Source of the DNA: an uncultured bacterium
GTDB taxonomy: Bacteria; Fidelibacterota; Marinisomatia; SCGC-AAA003-L08; JACNLC01
Reading direction: 5' to 3'
Length of the DNA stretch: 64,000 nt
Assembly: GCA_964527215.1 (NCBI GenBank)
Contig: CAZGNZ010000001.1
Coordinates: 129,276 to 193,275, forward strand
Below, one piece after another: positions 45,594 through 54,046 of the stretch (position 1 is the first letter of the stretch; every line of letters begins with the position of its first letter). The notes below the pieces were generated by a model. The model ran no database searches and was not told the DNA's origin. It saw nothing but the letters and a program-made list of their open reading frames with translations. Position numbers and translations under genes: made by a program.

Positions 45594-48095
45594 TCAGAAA
45601 AAGGTGCCCACGATAATCAGTGTCAGAAGCAGGAAACCAACGATCAGGAAAATCGCACCAATAATCAGCAGAAGCTTTTTTAATACGGGATGGGTGGGGT
45701 TTATCAGGGCTTCCTGATATTCAGAATCACTGAGGAGGTTTTTTTCTCTGGGCCGCTCTTTGGCGAATCTTTCCTCTGTTACCCGGCCTGTGAATATGAC
45801 TTCATCCATGGGGAATGCGCCCGGGCGCAGATGGGTGTTGAAAAAATGCACCGTAAAAATGAATGCAGTTGCAAGCAGAGCTTCTTCCGAATGGATAATA
45901 TGCGCGGCATTGATCAGCCAGCCGGGAAATGCCCGTGCAAACTGTTCCGGAAACCAGAGTGTCAGACCGCTGATTCCAATAACAATCATGCCCCAGAAAA
46001 CTGCAAAGTAATCGAATTTTTCCCAGTATGTCCAGCGGCCGAACTCCGGTTCTTTTTTCCGCAATCCGATGAAATAAGCCAGATGATTGAAGAAATCAGA
46101 AAAATCCTGGAGATTTGGTACTAAACTGTCAGGTCCCCAGAACAGTCCTTTTTGTTTTCTCACTGTCGCTTTATAGATCAGCATGAATACATGGATGAAC
46201 ATAACGACAAACAGAATTACTGCAGCCACCCGGTGAGCCAATGCGGCAGCATGAAATCCGACAATATTGTGAACAAACCAGTTTGCCATCTCTGAATGAC
46301 TGTATTTTAGAGGCAGACCGGTTCCTGCCAGCACCAGAAACCCACCGGCCATGAAAAAGTGAAGAATTCGGTCGAACAGGTTGAATCTCTTTACGCGACG
46401 GCTGGTTTTTGGAGGAGGATGGATGGGGCCGTGTCTTAACCTGTGGATCATGAGTCGAATAAGCCAGAGCAGTGTATGGCCGCCAAATACAACAAACACG
46501 CCGCCAAGGAGCCAGATCATAAACAGATGTATGCCGTGAAGGACAGGGTTTTCCTTCTCAGTCATTGGAGTGTAATGTTCCAGATACTGAACAAAATTCT
46601 CACTGACATTTTCATGGCACTGGCTGCAGGTTTCAATAATGCGTTCTTTTCCTATACTGGAGGCCGGGTGATCGGAAGGCAGAATTGAATGATTGTCGTG
46701 ACAGGAGACACAGGTGGCAAATTCTTCACCCTGATATCCCAGCTGATACATTTGACCGTGATAAGATGTGTTGTATCCTTCCACGACATGTGCGTTCAGC
46801 TGAAATTTCATGGTTAGACTGCGGTCCGCATGGCAGCGGCTGCAAAGGTCAATGGTGGATTGTCCGATGAATTTCTCATCCGATTTCTGGATTCTGCGTT
46901 CATCGTGACACTCGATACAGCCCGGAGCTTCAAAATGACCCTTTTGTCTGGCGATATAATGAGAGGACTGCTCGTATTCTTTCTGCACGTCCGGATGACA
47001 GTCCGCGCAGGATTTTTCCAGAGCCTGGTCCTGGGAATGCTCCGGTGCCATGTAGTGATATGTATGGCAGTCTCCGCAGTTGGAGGCTTCCCCGTTTGCT
47101 ATTTTCTCCAGTTCGGTTCTGTGAATAATACCATGGGCATCATTTTCACCAATGATAAGATCCTGCCCGTGGCAGCGAATACAGACACGGTCCAGTTCGA
47201 TATCAAACACCGTGGTTCGAGTGGTACCCACCATTTCGGTCTCATGACCGGTGTGACATACAACACACGTTGTCATTCGGGGATCCTCAAGGCGGTCCGG
47301 CTGGTGGATGGATGCTTCATAGCCGGAATGACACTTCGTACAGACCATATCCAGTCTTGCAACAGACACTCGACTGTCCGGATCACGCGGGGAGAGTACT
47401 TTGTGGCTGGCGTGACAGTCAGAGCATATAGGCGCTTCAAGATTGCCCTGAGTCAGCTGTTCATAATGCCCGCTGTTGAAGTAGTTTTCAACGTTTTCCC
47501 GGTGACAGATTCGGCAGGATTCCGCGAGGTGAATTTTCCATCCAAATTCGGTATACTGCTGCTTTTCATGCTTATTGTGCGGTGAATGGCAGGAGACGCA
47601 GGTGACATCACCGGTCTGGGTGTCTTCATGCCAGTGTGCTGACTGCAGGAACTCATCCAGGATATCCTGATGACAGGTTCCGCAGACCTGCCGCGGCTGA
47701 CCTTGCCAACTGACTTTATGAGCTCCGTGGCAGTCAGAACAAGTCGGCAAAGCGGTATATCCTTTTGCCCGCAGCGGAGCGAAAAATCCGTCTATGAACT
47801 CTTCCTGGGCATCTTCATGACAGATACCGCAGTCAGGTATGATCAGACGTTCTTCATGAGGGAAATCATCTATGCCGTCTAAATCTTCATGACAGTCAAT
47901 GCAATCAAAGTCCTCATGCGGGGTTCCTGATAAATGATCCGATGTCACATGCAGAGACACTTCCACACCATGTTTCACTTGTGAGAGTTTCTCATCGTCA
48001 TGACAGGCTTCACAGGTTTCATTGTCCTGCATTAGAACTGGGGTCGTTAAAATTCCGACAAGACCGGCAAACAGCAGAATTCTATTCCGAAGCAT
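45594..48095 (-). CDS. Fusion protein: 17-haem cytochrome c plus C-terminal membrane b-type cytochrome domain (second CbcL-like paralog)
   Basis: It has a signal peptide and 17 CxxCH motifs by hand count (CEACH … CSQCH). TM helices with conserved His follow (…GIHLFMIWLLGGVFVVFGGHTLLWLI…RILHFFMAGGFLVLAGTGLPLKY…AHRVAAVILFVVMFIHVFMLIY…HIIHSEEALLATAFIFTVHFFNTHL…). Confidence 0.85.
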   Translation of the reverse strand: MLRNRILLFAGLVGILTTPVLMQDNETCEACHDDEKLSQVKHGVEVSLHVTSDHLSGTPHEDFDCIDCHEDLDGIDDFPHEERLIIPDCGICHEDAQEEFIDGFFAPLRAKGYTALPTCSDCHGAHKVSWQGQPRQVCGTCHQDILDEFLQSAHWHEDTQTGDVTCVSCHSPHNKHEKQQYTEFGWKIHLAESCRICHRENVENYFNSGHYEQLTQGNLEAPICSDCHASHKVLSPRDPDSRVSVARLDMVCTKCHSGYEASIHQPDRLEDPRMTTCVVCHTGHETEMVGTTRTTVFDIELDRVCIRCHGQDLIIGENDAHGIIHRTELEKIANGEASNCGDCHTYHYMAPEHSQDQALEKSCADCHPDVQKEYEQSSHYIARQKGHFEAPGCIECHDERRIQKSDEKFIGQSTIDLCSRCHADRSLTMKFQLNAHVVEGYNTSYHGQMYQLGYQGEEFATCVSCHDNHSILPSDHPASSIGKERIIETCSQCHENVSENFVQYLEHYTPMTEKENPVLHGIHLFMIWLLGGVFVVFGGHTLLWLIRLMIHRLRHGPIHPPPKTSRRVKRFNLFDRILHFFMAGGFLVLAGTGLPLKYSHSEMANWFVHNIVGFHAAALAHRVAAVILFVVMFIHVFMLIYKATVRKQKGLFWGPDSLVPNLQDFSDFFNHLAYFIGLRKKEPEFGRWTYWEKFDYFAVFWGMIVIGISGLTLWFPEQFARAFPGWLINAAHIIHSEEALLATAFIFTVHFFNTHLRPGAFPMDEVIFTGRVTEERFAKERPREKNLLSDSEYQEALINPTHPVLKKLLLIIGAIFLIVGFLLLTLIIVGTFF

Positions 48096-48261
48096 ATTTT
48101 ACCTTTCGATAGATTCCGGTAATTGTATATTTGGATATTACTATATGTAAGAGGATAAGAGTTCCGGAACCGGATATAAAACTACAGAGATTTTATTATC
48201 CGATTAAACAGAAAAGTATGGCTGGGAGAAAACCTTGTATGGGTGAGTTGTGTCGGTTAAA

Positions 48262-48310
48262 AAGTAAAAATGCCATACCTGTTCAGGAAAACAGGTATGG
48301 CATTTTTTTC
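48262..48310. terminator. Strong bidirectional-looking hairpin terminator between the c554-like gene and the 833-aa gene
   Basis: The perfect 14-bp stem ATGCCATACCTGTT (48270-48283) / AACAGGTATGGCAT (48290-48303) is flanked by an A-run and a T-run. On the minus strand it follows the stop at 48328. Confidence 0.8.
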
Positions 48311-48327
48311 TGGAGTGTAAACCGAAG

Positions 48328-48912
48328 TTATTTCTTTTTATCCTCCGGTGTGGGATGAGCGACTTCTTTGATACGCTCAGCAAAAACGAACTTTTTATAG
48401 GTCGGGCTTTTTTCATTGTGACAGGATATGCAAAGAGCTTCATTTGGTTCAATGAGACCCACAGAAGCGCCGTCAGTAGTGCCGACCGTAATGGCCTTCA
48501 TCACTTTTTTAGATTTATATTCACTGCCCGGACCGTGACAGCCTTCGCAGCCGACGCCTTTCAAACCGGTCATCCGCTTGACATCCTTGGTGGGCTTGCC
48601 TTTGTCCGTTGTCTGGGCCCAGAACTTTTCATCCTTCACCTCGAACCCGCCTGATCCAAAACCAGTCGCATGACAGGAGAGACATTCAGGTGCCTGCCAG
48701 GCCGGTACATTCAGTTTCATCTCTTCTGCAATCTTCTTTGACTGTTCGGATTTCAGGGTTTCCATTGCACCAATATGCAGACCTTTTTCCCAGGCACCAA
48801 ACTGGTGTTTATGGCACATTTTGCATTTGGCTGAACCAACATATTCAAACTTTGCATCCTGTGCCCACATGAATGGTACACAGAGCAAAAAAAGTATCCA
48901 AAATCGTTTCAT
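48328..48912 (-). CDS. Tetrahaem cytochrome c, cytochrome c554-like
   Basis: MKRFWILFLLCVPFMWAQ is a signal peptide, followed by …VGSAKCKMCHK…W…H. Motifs are CKMCH, CLSCH, CEGCH and CISCH. I trimmed the start from the track (49026) to the ATG at 48912, which gives a proper signal peptide. Confidence 0.85.
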   Translation of the reverse strand: MKRFWILFLLCVPFMWAQDAKFEYVGSAKCKMCHKHQFGAWEKGLHIGAMETLKSEQSKKIAEEMKLNVPAWQAPECLSCHATGFGSGGFEVKDEKFWAQTTDKGKPTKDVKRMTGLKGVGCEGCHGPGSEYKSKKVMKAITVGTTDGASVGLIEPNEALCISCHNEKSPTYKKFVFAERIKEVAHPTPEDKKK

Positions 48913-48938
48913 AACTAACTTCCTCACTTTTTCATCCG

Positions 48939-49370
48939 TTAGAAAATGGGATTTTCCGCCCCATGGCACTGATGGCAGCCCATGGCAACTGGTCCATCGC
49001 TGTTTAGACTGTGGCACTGCCAGCATGTTTCCGCCTGGTCCTCGGAACCGTTGGGATCCATCCCTGCGCCGTGAAAATCATCAGTTCCGGATCTCAGATG
49101 ATCGATGGTACCCGGGTGGCCGCTGGCACCTCCGGCATGACACATGGTACATGAAACACCGGAATGTCCGCCATCCAGAAAAGTACCGTGACAGGTCTTG
49201 CATGACTCGAGTCCTTCCCAACCACGGGTCGCAAGCATCTGGCCGTGAAAATCAACACTGTTTTGATTCATCCAGGTGTCGCTGTGGGTATCTGGCTGAA
49301 CAGATTCAGTACAGGACCAGAAGCTCAGAGCGGTGACGATCAAAATGGTTAACGCGGTATATCTTTTCAT
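48939..49370 (-). CDS. Small tetrahaem cytochrome c lipoprotein
   Basis: MKRYTALTILIVTALSFWSC is a lipobox-type signal. Motifs are CKTCH, CTMCH, CWQCH and CHQCH. A GGAGG Shine-Dalgarno sits 6 nt upstream. The start was trimmed from the track (49466), and it lies directly after the upstream stop. Confidence 0.85.
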   Translation of the reverse strand: MKRYTALTILIVTALSFWSCTESVQPDTHSDTWMNQNSVDFHGQMLATRGWEGLESCKTCHGTFLDGGHSGVSCTMCHAGGASGHPGTIDHLRSGTDDFHGAGMDPNGSEDQAETCWQCHSLNSDGPVAMGCHQCHGAENPIF

Positions 49371-49371
49371 A

Positions 49372-50199
49372 TTAACCTCCATGACAGCGTTGGCAGTAGT
49401 GCGGCTGATGACAGGACTGACATACTTCGGGTGTGGATTCTGCGGCATCTGCATGCATTCCCGCATTGCCGTTGATTATGCCCCAGGTTGTCAGATTGTG
49501 ATCGGCTGGCATAATCATCCGCTGTATGTGACAGGACTGACAGTCATTTTCAATTTGATGGCAGGTCATGCATTCAACTGCATCCAGCCGGGCTTCCAAT
49601 CCGTGAGCCACAATATAGGCCGGTGGATGAGTACTTTTTTCAAAACCCGAATGGTGATGACAGTCATCGCAGAATTTTTCCGTATGGCACATGCTGCAGC
49701 TGGCGGCCTGCGGGTGATTGACGGACAGACCGTGGTCCTCATCCCAGGTGATGTCATGGCTGGCAGGTTCATGTGACTGATGGCATTGTGAACAGGCTGC
49801 CCTTGGCCATGGCTGGCGCAGCGCTTCACCGTCATCTGAGGTGATTCCGCTGTGGCAGGTTTCACAATTTGGTGTGGATGGCCGGTGTGCGGCATGGGAA
49901 AAGTCCACGCCGGATGTGGATCCCATCAGGGGATATGTGTCGGCCTCATCCACATTGGAATGGCATAGTTCACATTCATCTTCCACATCGTGACATTCGG
50001 AGCAGAAATCCATATCCGGCAGATATCCCGGTGTGAGAGATTCAGAGTCTGAAACACCGCTGTGACAGTAGTCGCAGGATAGTTCGACATCCGTAATATG
50101 AAGATCATGCGGAAATATGATGTGATCCGGATCCATTGAGAATCCGTAAGCCGCTAACAAGCTGACTGTCAGCAATGCTTTACAGAGTATACGAAACAT
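49372..50199 (-). CDS. Periplasmic 11-haem cytochrome c (c3/c7-type packing)
   Basis: MFRILCKALLTVSLLAAYG is a signal peptide. There are 11 CxxCH motifs in 275 aa (CDYCH, CSECH, CELCH, CETCH, CSQCH, CSMCH, CDDCH, CMTCH, CQSCH, CQSCH, CQRCH). A GGAGG Shine-Dalgarno precedes the gene, which overlaps the barrel-gene 3' end by 20 nt. Confidence 0.85.
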   Translation of the reverse strand: MFRILCKALLTVSLLAAYGFSMDPDHIIFPHDLHITDVELSCDYCHSGVSDSESLTPGYLPDMDFCSECHDVEDECELCHSNVDEADTYPLMGSTSGVDFSHAAHRPSTPNCETCHSGITSDDGEALRQPWPRAACSQCHQSHEPASHDITWDEDHGLSVNHPQAASCSMCHTEKFCDDCHHHSGFEKSTHPPAYIVAHGLEARLDAVECMTCHQIENDCQSCHIQRMIMPADHNLTTWGIINGNAGMHADAAESTPEVCQSCHQPHYCQRCHGG

Positions 50200-51358
50200 T
50201 GATACCTCCTCGACCGTCTTCATCATAATATGGGTTTTCAATATACATTCCATATACCTGGAAACTGAGATGGGCACAGGGTCTCCAGTTCAGTCTCAGC
50301 TGGGCACCAATGGTGTCCCGGGCTTCTATCAGATCGTCATAATCATAAGAATTCAGCGAGATACCCGCATTGGCACTGATGGTTTGGGTGATGTGTCGAT
50401 TTAATCCGGCAAACCAGCCAAGATTCTGATAATCACCGGATTGGCTGCTGATCAGACCAAACTGCAGACAGCGCCACTGAATGCTGCTGCTGAAACCCAT
50501 ATTGGTATCATCAGACATGCGGTATATCAGGCGATTGTACAGGGCAAACTCTGCAATCCTGCTTTGTACTCCAGCAGACAGCGTGGGGGCGACCAGAAGG
50601 TCTTCATCCAGTCCCGGGAATACATTTTCCGTGAAAATCTGACGCTGTTTTAAACTCAAAATCAATTCATGCTGATTGAACTGCCGGCTGAGTCTGAAAC
50701 GCATTGAATGGATATTTTCATCAGTCACATTGAATGAAAATTTGGCCCGGTAGCTGAAGGAAAGCAAATTCCGGCCGTTCAGTGAACCGCCGATAATCAG
50801 TGGGTCATCCAGTTCATCGTTGTCATACAGATAACTGATTACATTCAATCCAAATCCCATTCCACCGTCAGTTCCGGCTGTCCAGTCGGCTGCCATAAAC
50901 ATGGTTGGATCTTCTTCGGTCTCTGCAAACTGCGGGATCGATCCACCGCTCACTCCCAGCTTGCCGAATTTTCCCAGACACATGCTGTAACGGGCGCCGT
51001 CATACTTGGTGTTCGCAAATGAATTCCAGTAGTTGAGCCGCCCCAGATTCAATGTGCCGAATTTGCTGTACAGGGAAACATCAGCACTGTGAATCTGAAA
51101 TTCGTCGGTAAAGCGGTAATTCGGGGAGCCGTAGGACAAATCGGTTTTAAAGGAAACAAGACTGCCGTAGGACTGCTGATAGGATAGAAAGGTCCGGTAG
51201 TGAACAGTGTCATCCAGTGCATCTGAGCGGTACAGGTCGCCGGAGGTGTCGTTGAACATGTTCAGCCGGGGGGTGATCATGCTTTGGGTGATCGTGAGAT
51301 TCGGACCTCCGGCAAATCCAATCCCCGCAATGATGAGCAATACAAAAATTCTTTTCAT
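50180..51358 (-). CDS. Outer-membrane beta-barrel (porin-like) protein
   Basis: It has a signal peptide (MKRIFVLLIIAGIGFAGG). Alternating-polarity strands rich in Y/G/S/N run throughout (…YGSLVSFKTDLSYGSPNYRFTDEFQIHSADVSLYSKFGTLNLGRLNYW…). There are no Cys or haem motifs. The start was trimmed from the track. Confidence 0.7.
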   Translation of the reverse strand: MKRIFVLLIIAGIGFAGGPNLTITQSMITPRLNMFNDTSGDLYRSDALDDTVHYRTFLSYQQSYGSLVSFKTDLSYGSPNYRFTDEFQIHSADVSLYSKFGTLNLGRLNYWNSFANTKYDGARYSMCLGKFGKLGVSGGSIPQFAETEEDPTMFMAADWTAGTDGGMGFGLNVISYLYDNDELDDPLIIGGSLNGRNLLSFSYRAKFSFNVTDENIHSMRFRLSRQFNQHELILSLKQRQIFTENVFPGLDEDLLVAPTLSAGVQSRIAEFALYNRLIYRMSDDTNMGFSSSIQWRCLQFGLISSQSGDYQNLGWFAGLNRHITQTISANAGISLNSYDYDDLIEARDTIGAQLRLNWRPCAHLSFQVYGMYIENPYYDEDGRGGINVSYTL

Positions 51359-51443
51359 AATCTCATTCATCAAAAAGGTTGAAAGGGAGCAAACCCACAT
51401 TCATGGCATTTGCTCCCTGAAAAAGTTCGCTTTGGCGAAAGGC

Positions 51444-52394
51444 TTATTCGTAGGTGTAGTCGAACGAACCAGGCCAATTGTGGGATGTCAGATCATCAAA
51501 AATCATTGAATTGACACCAAATTTCAGGCTGGTGGCATCGTAACCGAGAACGGTCAGATAAGCGGTGATCATGGAAGATGTCTGTCCTGTCCAGCAGTAG
51601 GTGACTATGGTTTCATCGGGATTCAGATATTCCATTCCACCGGCGGCCAGGGTCAAGTCTTCTTTTATGCGGTGTGAACCTTCGATATGTCCGTAAAGAT
51701 CGACATCGGAAGCTCCCCAGTAGTTATTGATAAAATAAGCACCGGGATCATCCAGAACATCGCTGTACAAAATACCTTTGAATCCACCGGCCAGCATGGC
51801 TTCCACCCGCTCCTCAAGCAGGGCAGCACCATCAGCTGTGGAAGATTCCCAGTCAGGATAACCATATTCCATATCACTGGCGATATTGATGGATCCGGGA
51901 TATACCCAGGTATCATAACCGGATGCGCCATAACCCGTTTTACTGGACCAATTATCAAAATCAGAATGCCAGCTGCTCATTCCAAATTTCAGGACCTGAG
52001 CGCTGTAGCCCATGAGGCGCAGTGCCACAACAGCATGTCCGGCGGATTGCCCGGTATAGCAGACCACCAGAATATCTTCGCTGCCGGCGGGTTCGGCATC
52101 GTCAAGAATGGTGGCCAGTGAGCCATTGTGGGCTCCCGGGATATGACCGGTAGCAAAGACTTCAGCACTGCGGATATCAATGATGTAATAATCTTCAGGC
52201 AGACGGGCCAGATTCACCGCATCAGCAGCGACAATCCAGTCGGCCAGAATATCATCCATATCCATGTTATTGGCTTCCAGATAGGTCATCAGCGTGTTGA
52301 AATCACCTTTGTCGTCATCATCATCATCGGAACATCCGCTGAAGATGAACAGGCTCAGCACCAGTAACGGCAGGATATATTTCAAGCTTTTCAT
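51444..52394 (-). CDS. Periplasmic/outer-leaflet lipoprotein with two rhodanese (sulfurtransferase) domains
   Basis: It has a lipobox (LSLFIFSGC) and a poly-Asp linker. There are two GlpE-type active-site loops: …ILVVCYTGQSAGHAV… and …IVTYCWTGQTSSMITA…. Confidence 0.8.
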   Translation of the reverse strand: MKSLKYILPLLVLSLFIFSGCSDDDDDDKGDFNTLMTYLEANNMDMDDILADWIVAADAVNLARLPEDYYIIDIRSAEVFATGHIPGAHNGSLATILDDAEPAGSEDILVVCYTGQSAGHAVVALRLMGYSAQVLKFGMSSWHSDFDNWSSKTGYGASGYDTWVYPGSINIASDMEYGYPDWESSTADGAALLEERVEAMLAGGFKGILYSDVLDDPGAYFINNYWGASDVDLYGHIEGSHRIKEDLTLAAGGMEYLNPDETIVTYCWTGQTSSMITAYLTVLGYDATSLKFGVNSMIFDDLTSHNWPGSFDYTYE

Positions 52395-52435
52395 TCTATT
52401 GTTCTCCTATTGTTTTAAAGTACTTAAATCAGGGA

Positions 52436-54046
52436 TCAGTTTACATGACAGGCCGATGTGCCGCACTCACCGCCGGCGGTGGGCATCACCGTCATGTTTG
52501 CTTCAATTTCATTCGGGTAATTGTTTTCAATGTAATCCATTGTGAGATAGATATCTTTATTTGCGGGATCACTATAGGTGTCCCCGGTATGATAATGACA
52601 GTTGGCGGCACAGGTTGTACCGTCGTAAAGAGGGGTATCACTTTCCGCCCAGGCATCATCCACCAGTGTCTGAGCAGTCCACTTGCGAACGTTGTGAGGG
52701 CTGGTGTATTCCCAGGTTTCAAACTGATTAAAATGGTTTTCCGGAAGTTCAGTCAGTCCGACTCCCCAGGCATCATAGGTATCTCGGGCAACAGGAATAT
52801 GCCTGACAAGGACCCAGCGGCTGTCGGCGTGTGCCAGCAGTGAGGGTGAGTAGTCTCCGGTGGGGTCATCGTGAGCCGGATTGTAGCCAATGCGAAATTC
52901 AGGATATTCAAGATAATCCCCGGCACCGGAATTGACATCGTCCTGACCGGCTACCGGACCGTAGCCGTCTTTCCAGATACCGGTTGTATGACAGTTATTA
53001 CAGTTATAATAAGGTTGTGAATGACAAACATAGCATGAAATATCATCGGCAAAATTATCACCGGGCCAATGTGCCTGGTGGTATAGGTTGCTGTCCGCCA
53101 GCGAAGGGCTGTGACATGCTGCATCGGTACACGTAGGCAGATCGTTGACAGTATACCGTGAGATGGGAGGATTGGCAAGTTCCGTTCCATCCCCGTGCAA
53201 ATCTTCATTGTGACAGGCCGTACAGGTATATCCTTTTCCCAGATGGACATCTTTCAGATTGCCAGTGATGCCGTCGTCGTCACCTTCATCGCCGAAATAA
53301 TCGACACCGATCCGGCTGCCGTGACAGGCGGTGCAGTTGTTTCGGAGCTCAGGTTCTCTTTTAAACTCATGATCTGCGAGAAAACCGCCGTGGACCGATT
53401 CCGGTCGACTGACATGACACTGACCGCAGGTGGTGTGACAGCTACCGCATTCACCTTCAAATTCTGCTTCCACCTCAGGATGATTGGAGAGATCCGGTTC
53501 ACCAAATGCACGCATTCCCACTTTGAATCTTTCACCCCAGAGTTTGGTGTGCATACTGTGTTCGTTCCGCTCAACAATATCCGTATGGCACAGACCGCAG
53601 GTTTCTTCAGGTGCGGCAGAAGGATCGCGTATCATTTCGGTATGTGCCAGTTCCATTGCGGCATGCCGGTCTTCCGAAGAAGTGGAAGCCGCCGTCACAA
53701 ACTGGGTTCCGCCGTGACAGCCGGCACAGCCAAGAACGGCATGGGTGGGATCAACATCATCAAATCCGGATTCGGAACTTTTCAAATCAATGAAAACTTT
53801 TTCCCAGGGTGCCAACGGCACCACAGCTCCGCCTCAGCCACCGCCACCGGCAGTTCCGCCACCCTCGTCAGGTGCAAGTTGCTGAAGTACTGCCTCATTG
53901 ATATGGCAGCTTTCGCAGGAAAAATCAAGGGTGTCGACATCAGTCTGTCCGACAGGATCGATTTTTTCACACGCTGAATATATTAAAAGCACCGGCGCAA
54001 TCCACAGCAGGATCAAAAACCCGGGCATCAACGAGGATCGATTCAT
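52436..54046 (-). CDS. Lipoprotein multihaem cytochrome c (9 CxxCH, 1 CX3CH and 2 CX4CH motifs) interrupted by one in-frame TGA at 53834-53836
   Basis: The 70-aa ORF (lipobox LLIYSAC, CESCH) and the 462-aa ORF (no signal peptide, 8 CxxCH) share one frame. They read …GGGTAGGGG-TGA-GGAVVPLAPWEK…. The ATG overlaps the MerR stop as ATGA. The gene is intact only if the UGA is recoded or read through; otherwise it is a pseudogene. Confidence 0.6.

Noticed and set aside
45277-45717. The 146-aa + strand ORF spanning the REP-like cluster and the 3' end of the 833-aa gene.
   Set aside because: It is composed of translated hairpin repeats (…RQLTGGVSVNDR…) and runs antisense into a real gene. The same 'peptide' pieces recur wherever the repeat occurs.
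48328-51400. The longer N-terminal extensions given by the ORF track for four genes (starts at 49026, 49466, 50277 and 51400).
   Set aside because: The extensions precede the obvious signal peptides, overlap the upstream genes extensively and lack a Shine-Dalgarno. Internal ATGs at 48912, 49370, 50199 and 51358 give canonical signal or lipobox sequences, and GGAGG is visible for two of them.
53834-53836. Reading the in-frame TGA as a reassigned codon (UGA=Gly as in code 25, or UGA=Trp as in code 4), which would fit the Gly-rich context.
   Set aside because: TGA clearly functions as a stop elsewhere in the window. Examples are rfbB at 8998-9000 and rfbA at 9867-9869, with the next gene starting immediately, and the MltD-like gene at 31567-31569. 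Global reassignment is therefore excluded.
52436-54046. Treating the 70-aa ORF (53834-54046) and the 462-aa ORF (52436-53824) as two independent genes.
   Set aside because: The 462-aa product has 8 CxxCH motifs but no export signal. The proposed GTG start has no Shine-Dalgarno and is in frame with, and 9 nt from, the upstream stop. A split by a single codon is the more parsimonious reading. This is kept as an alternative under the UGA finding.
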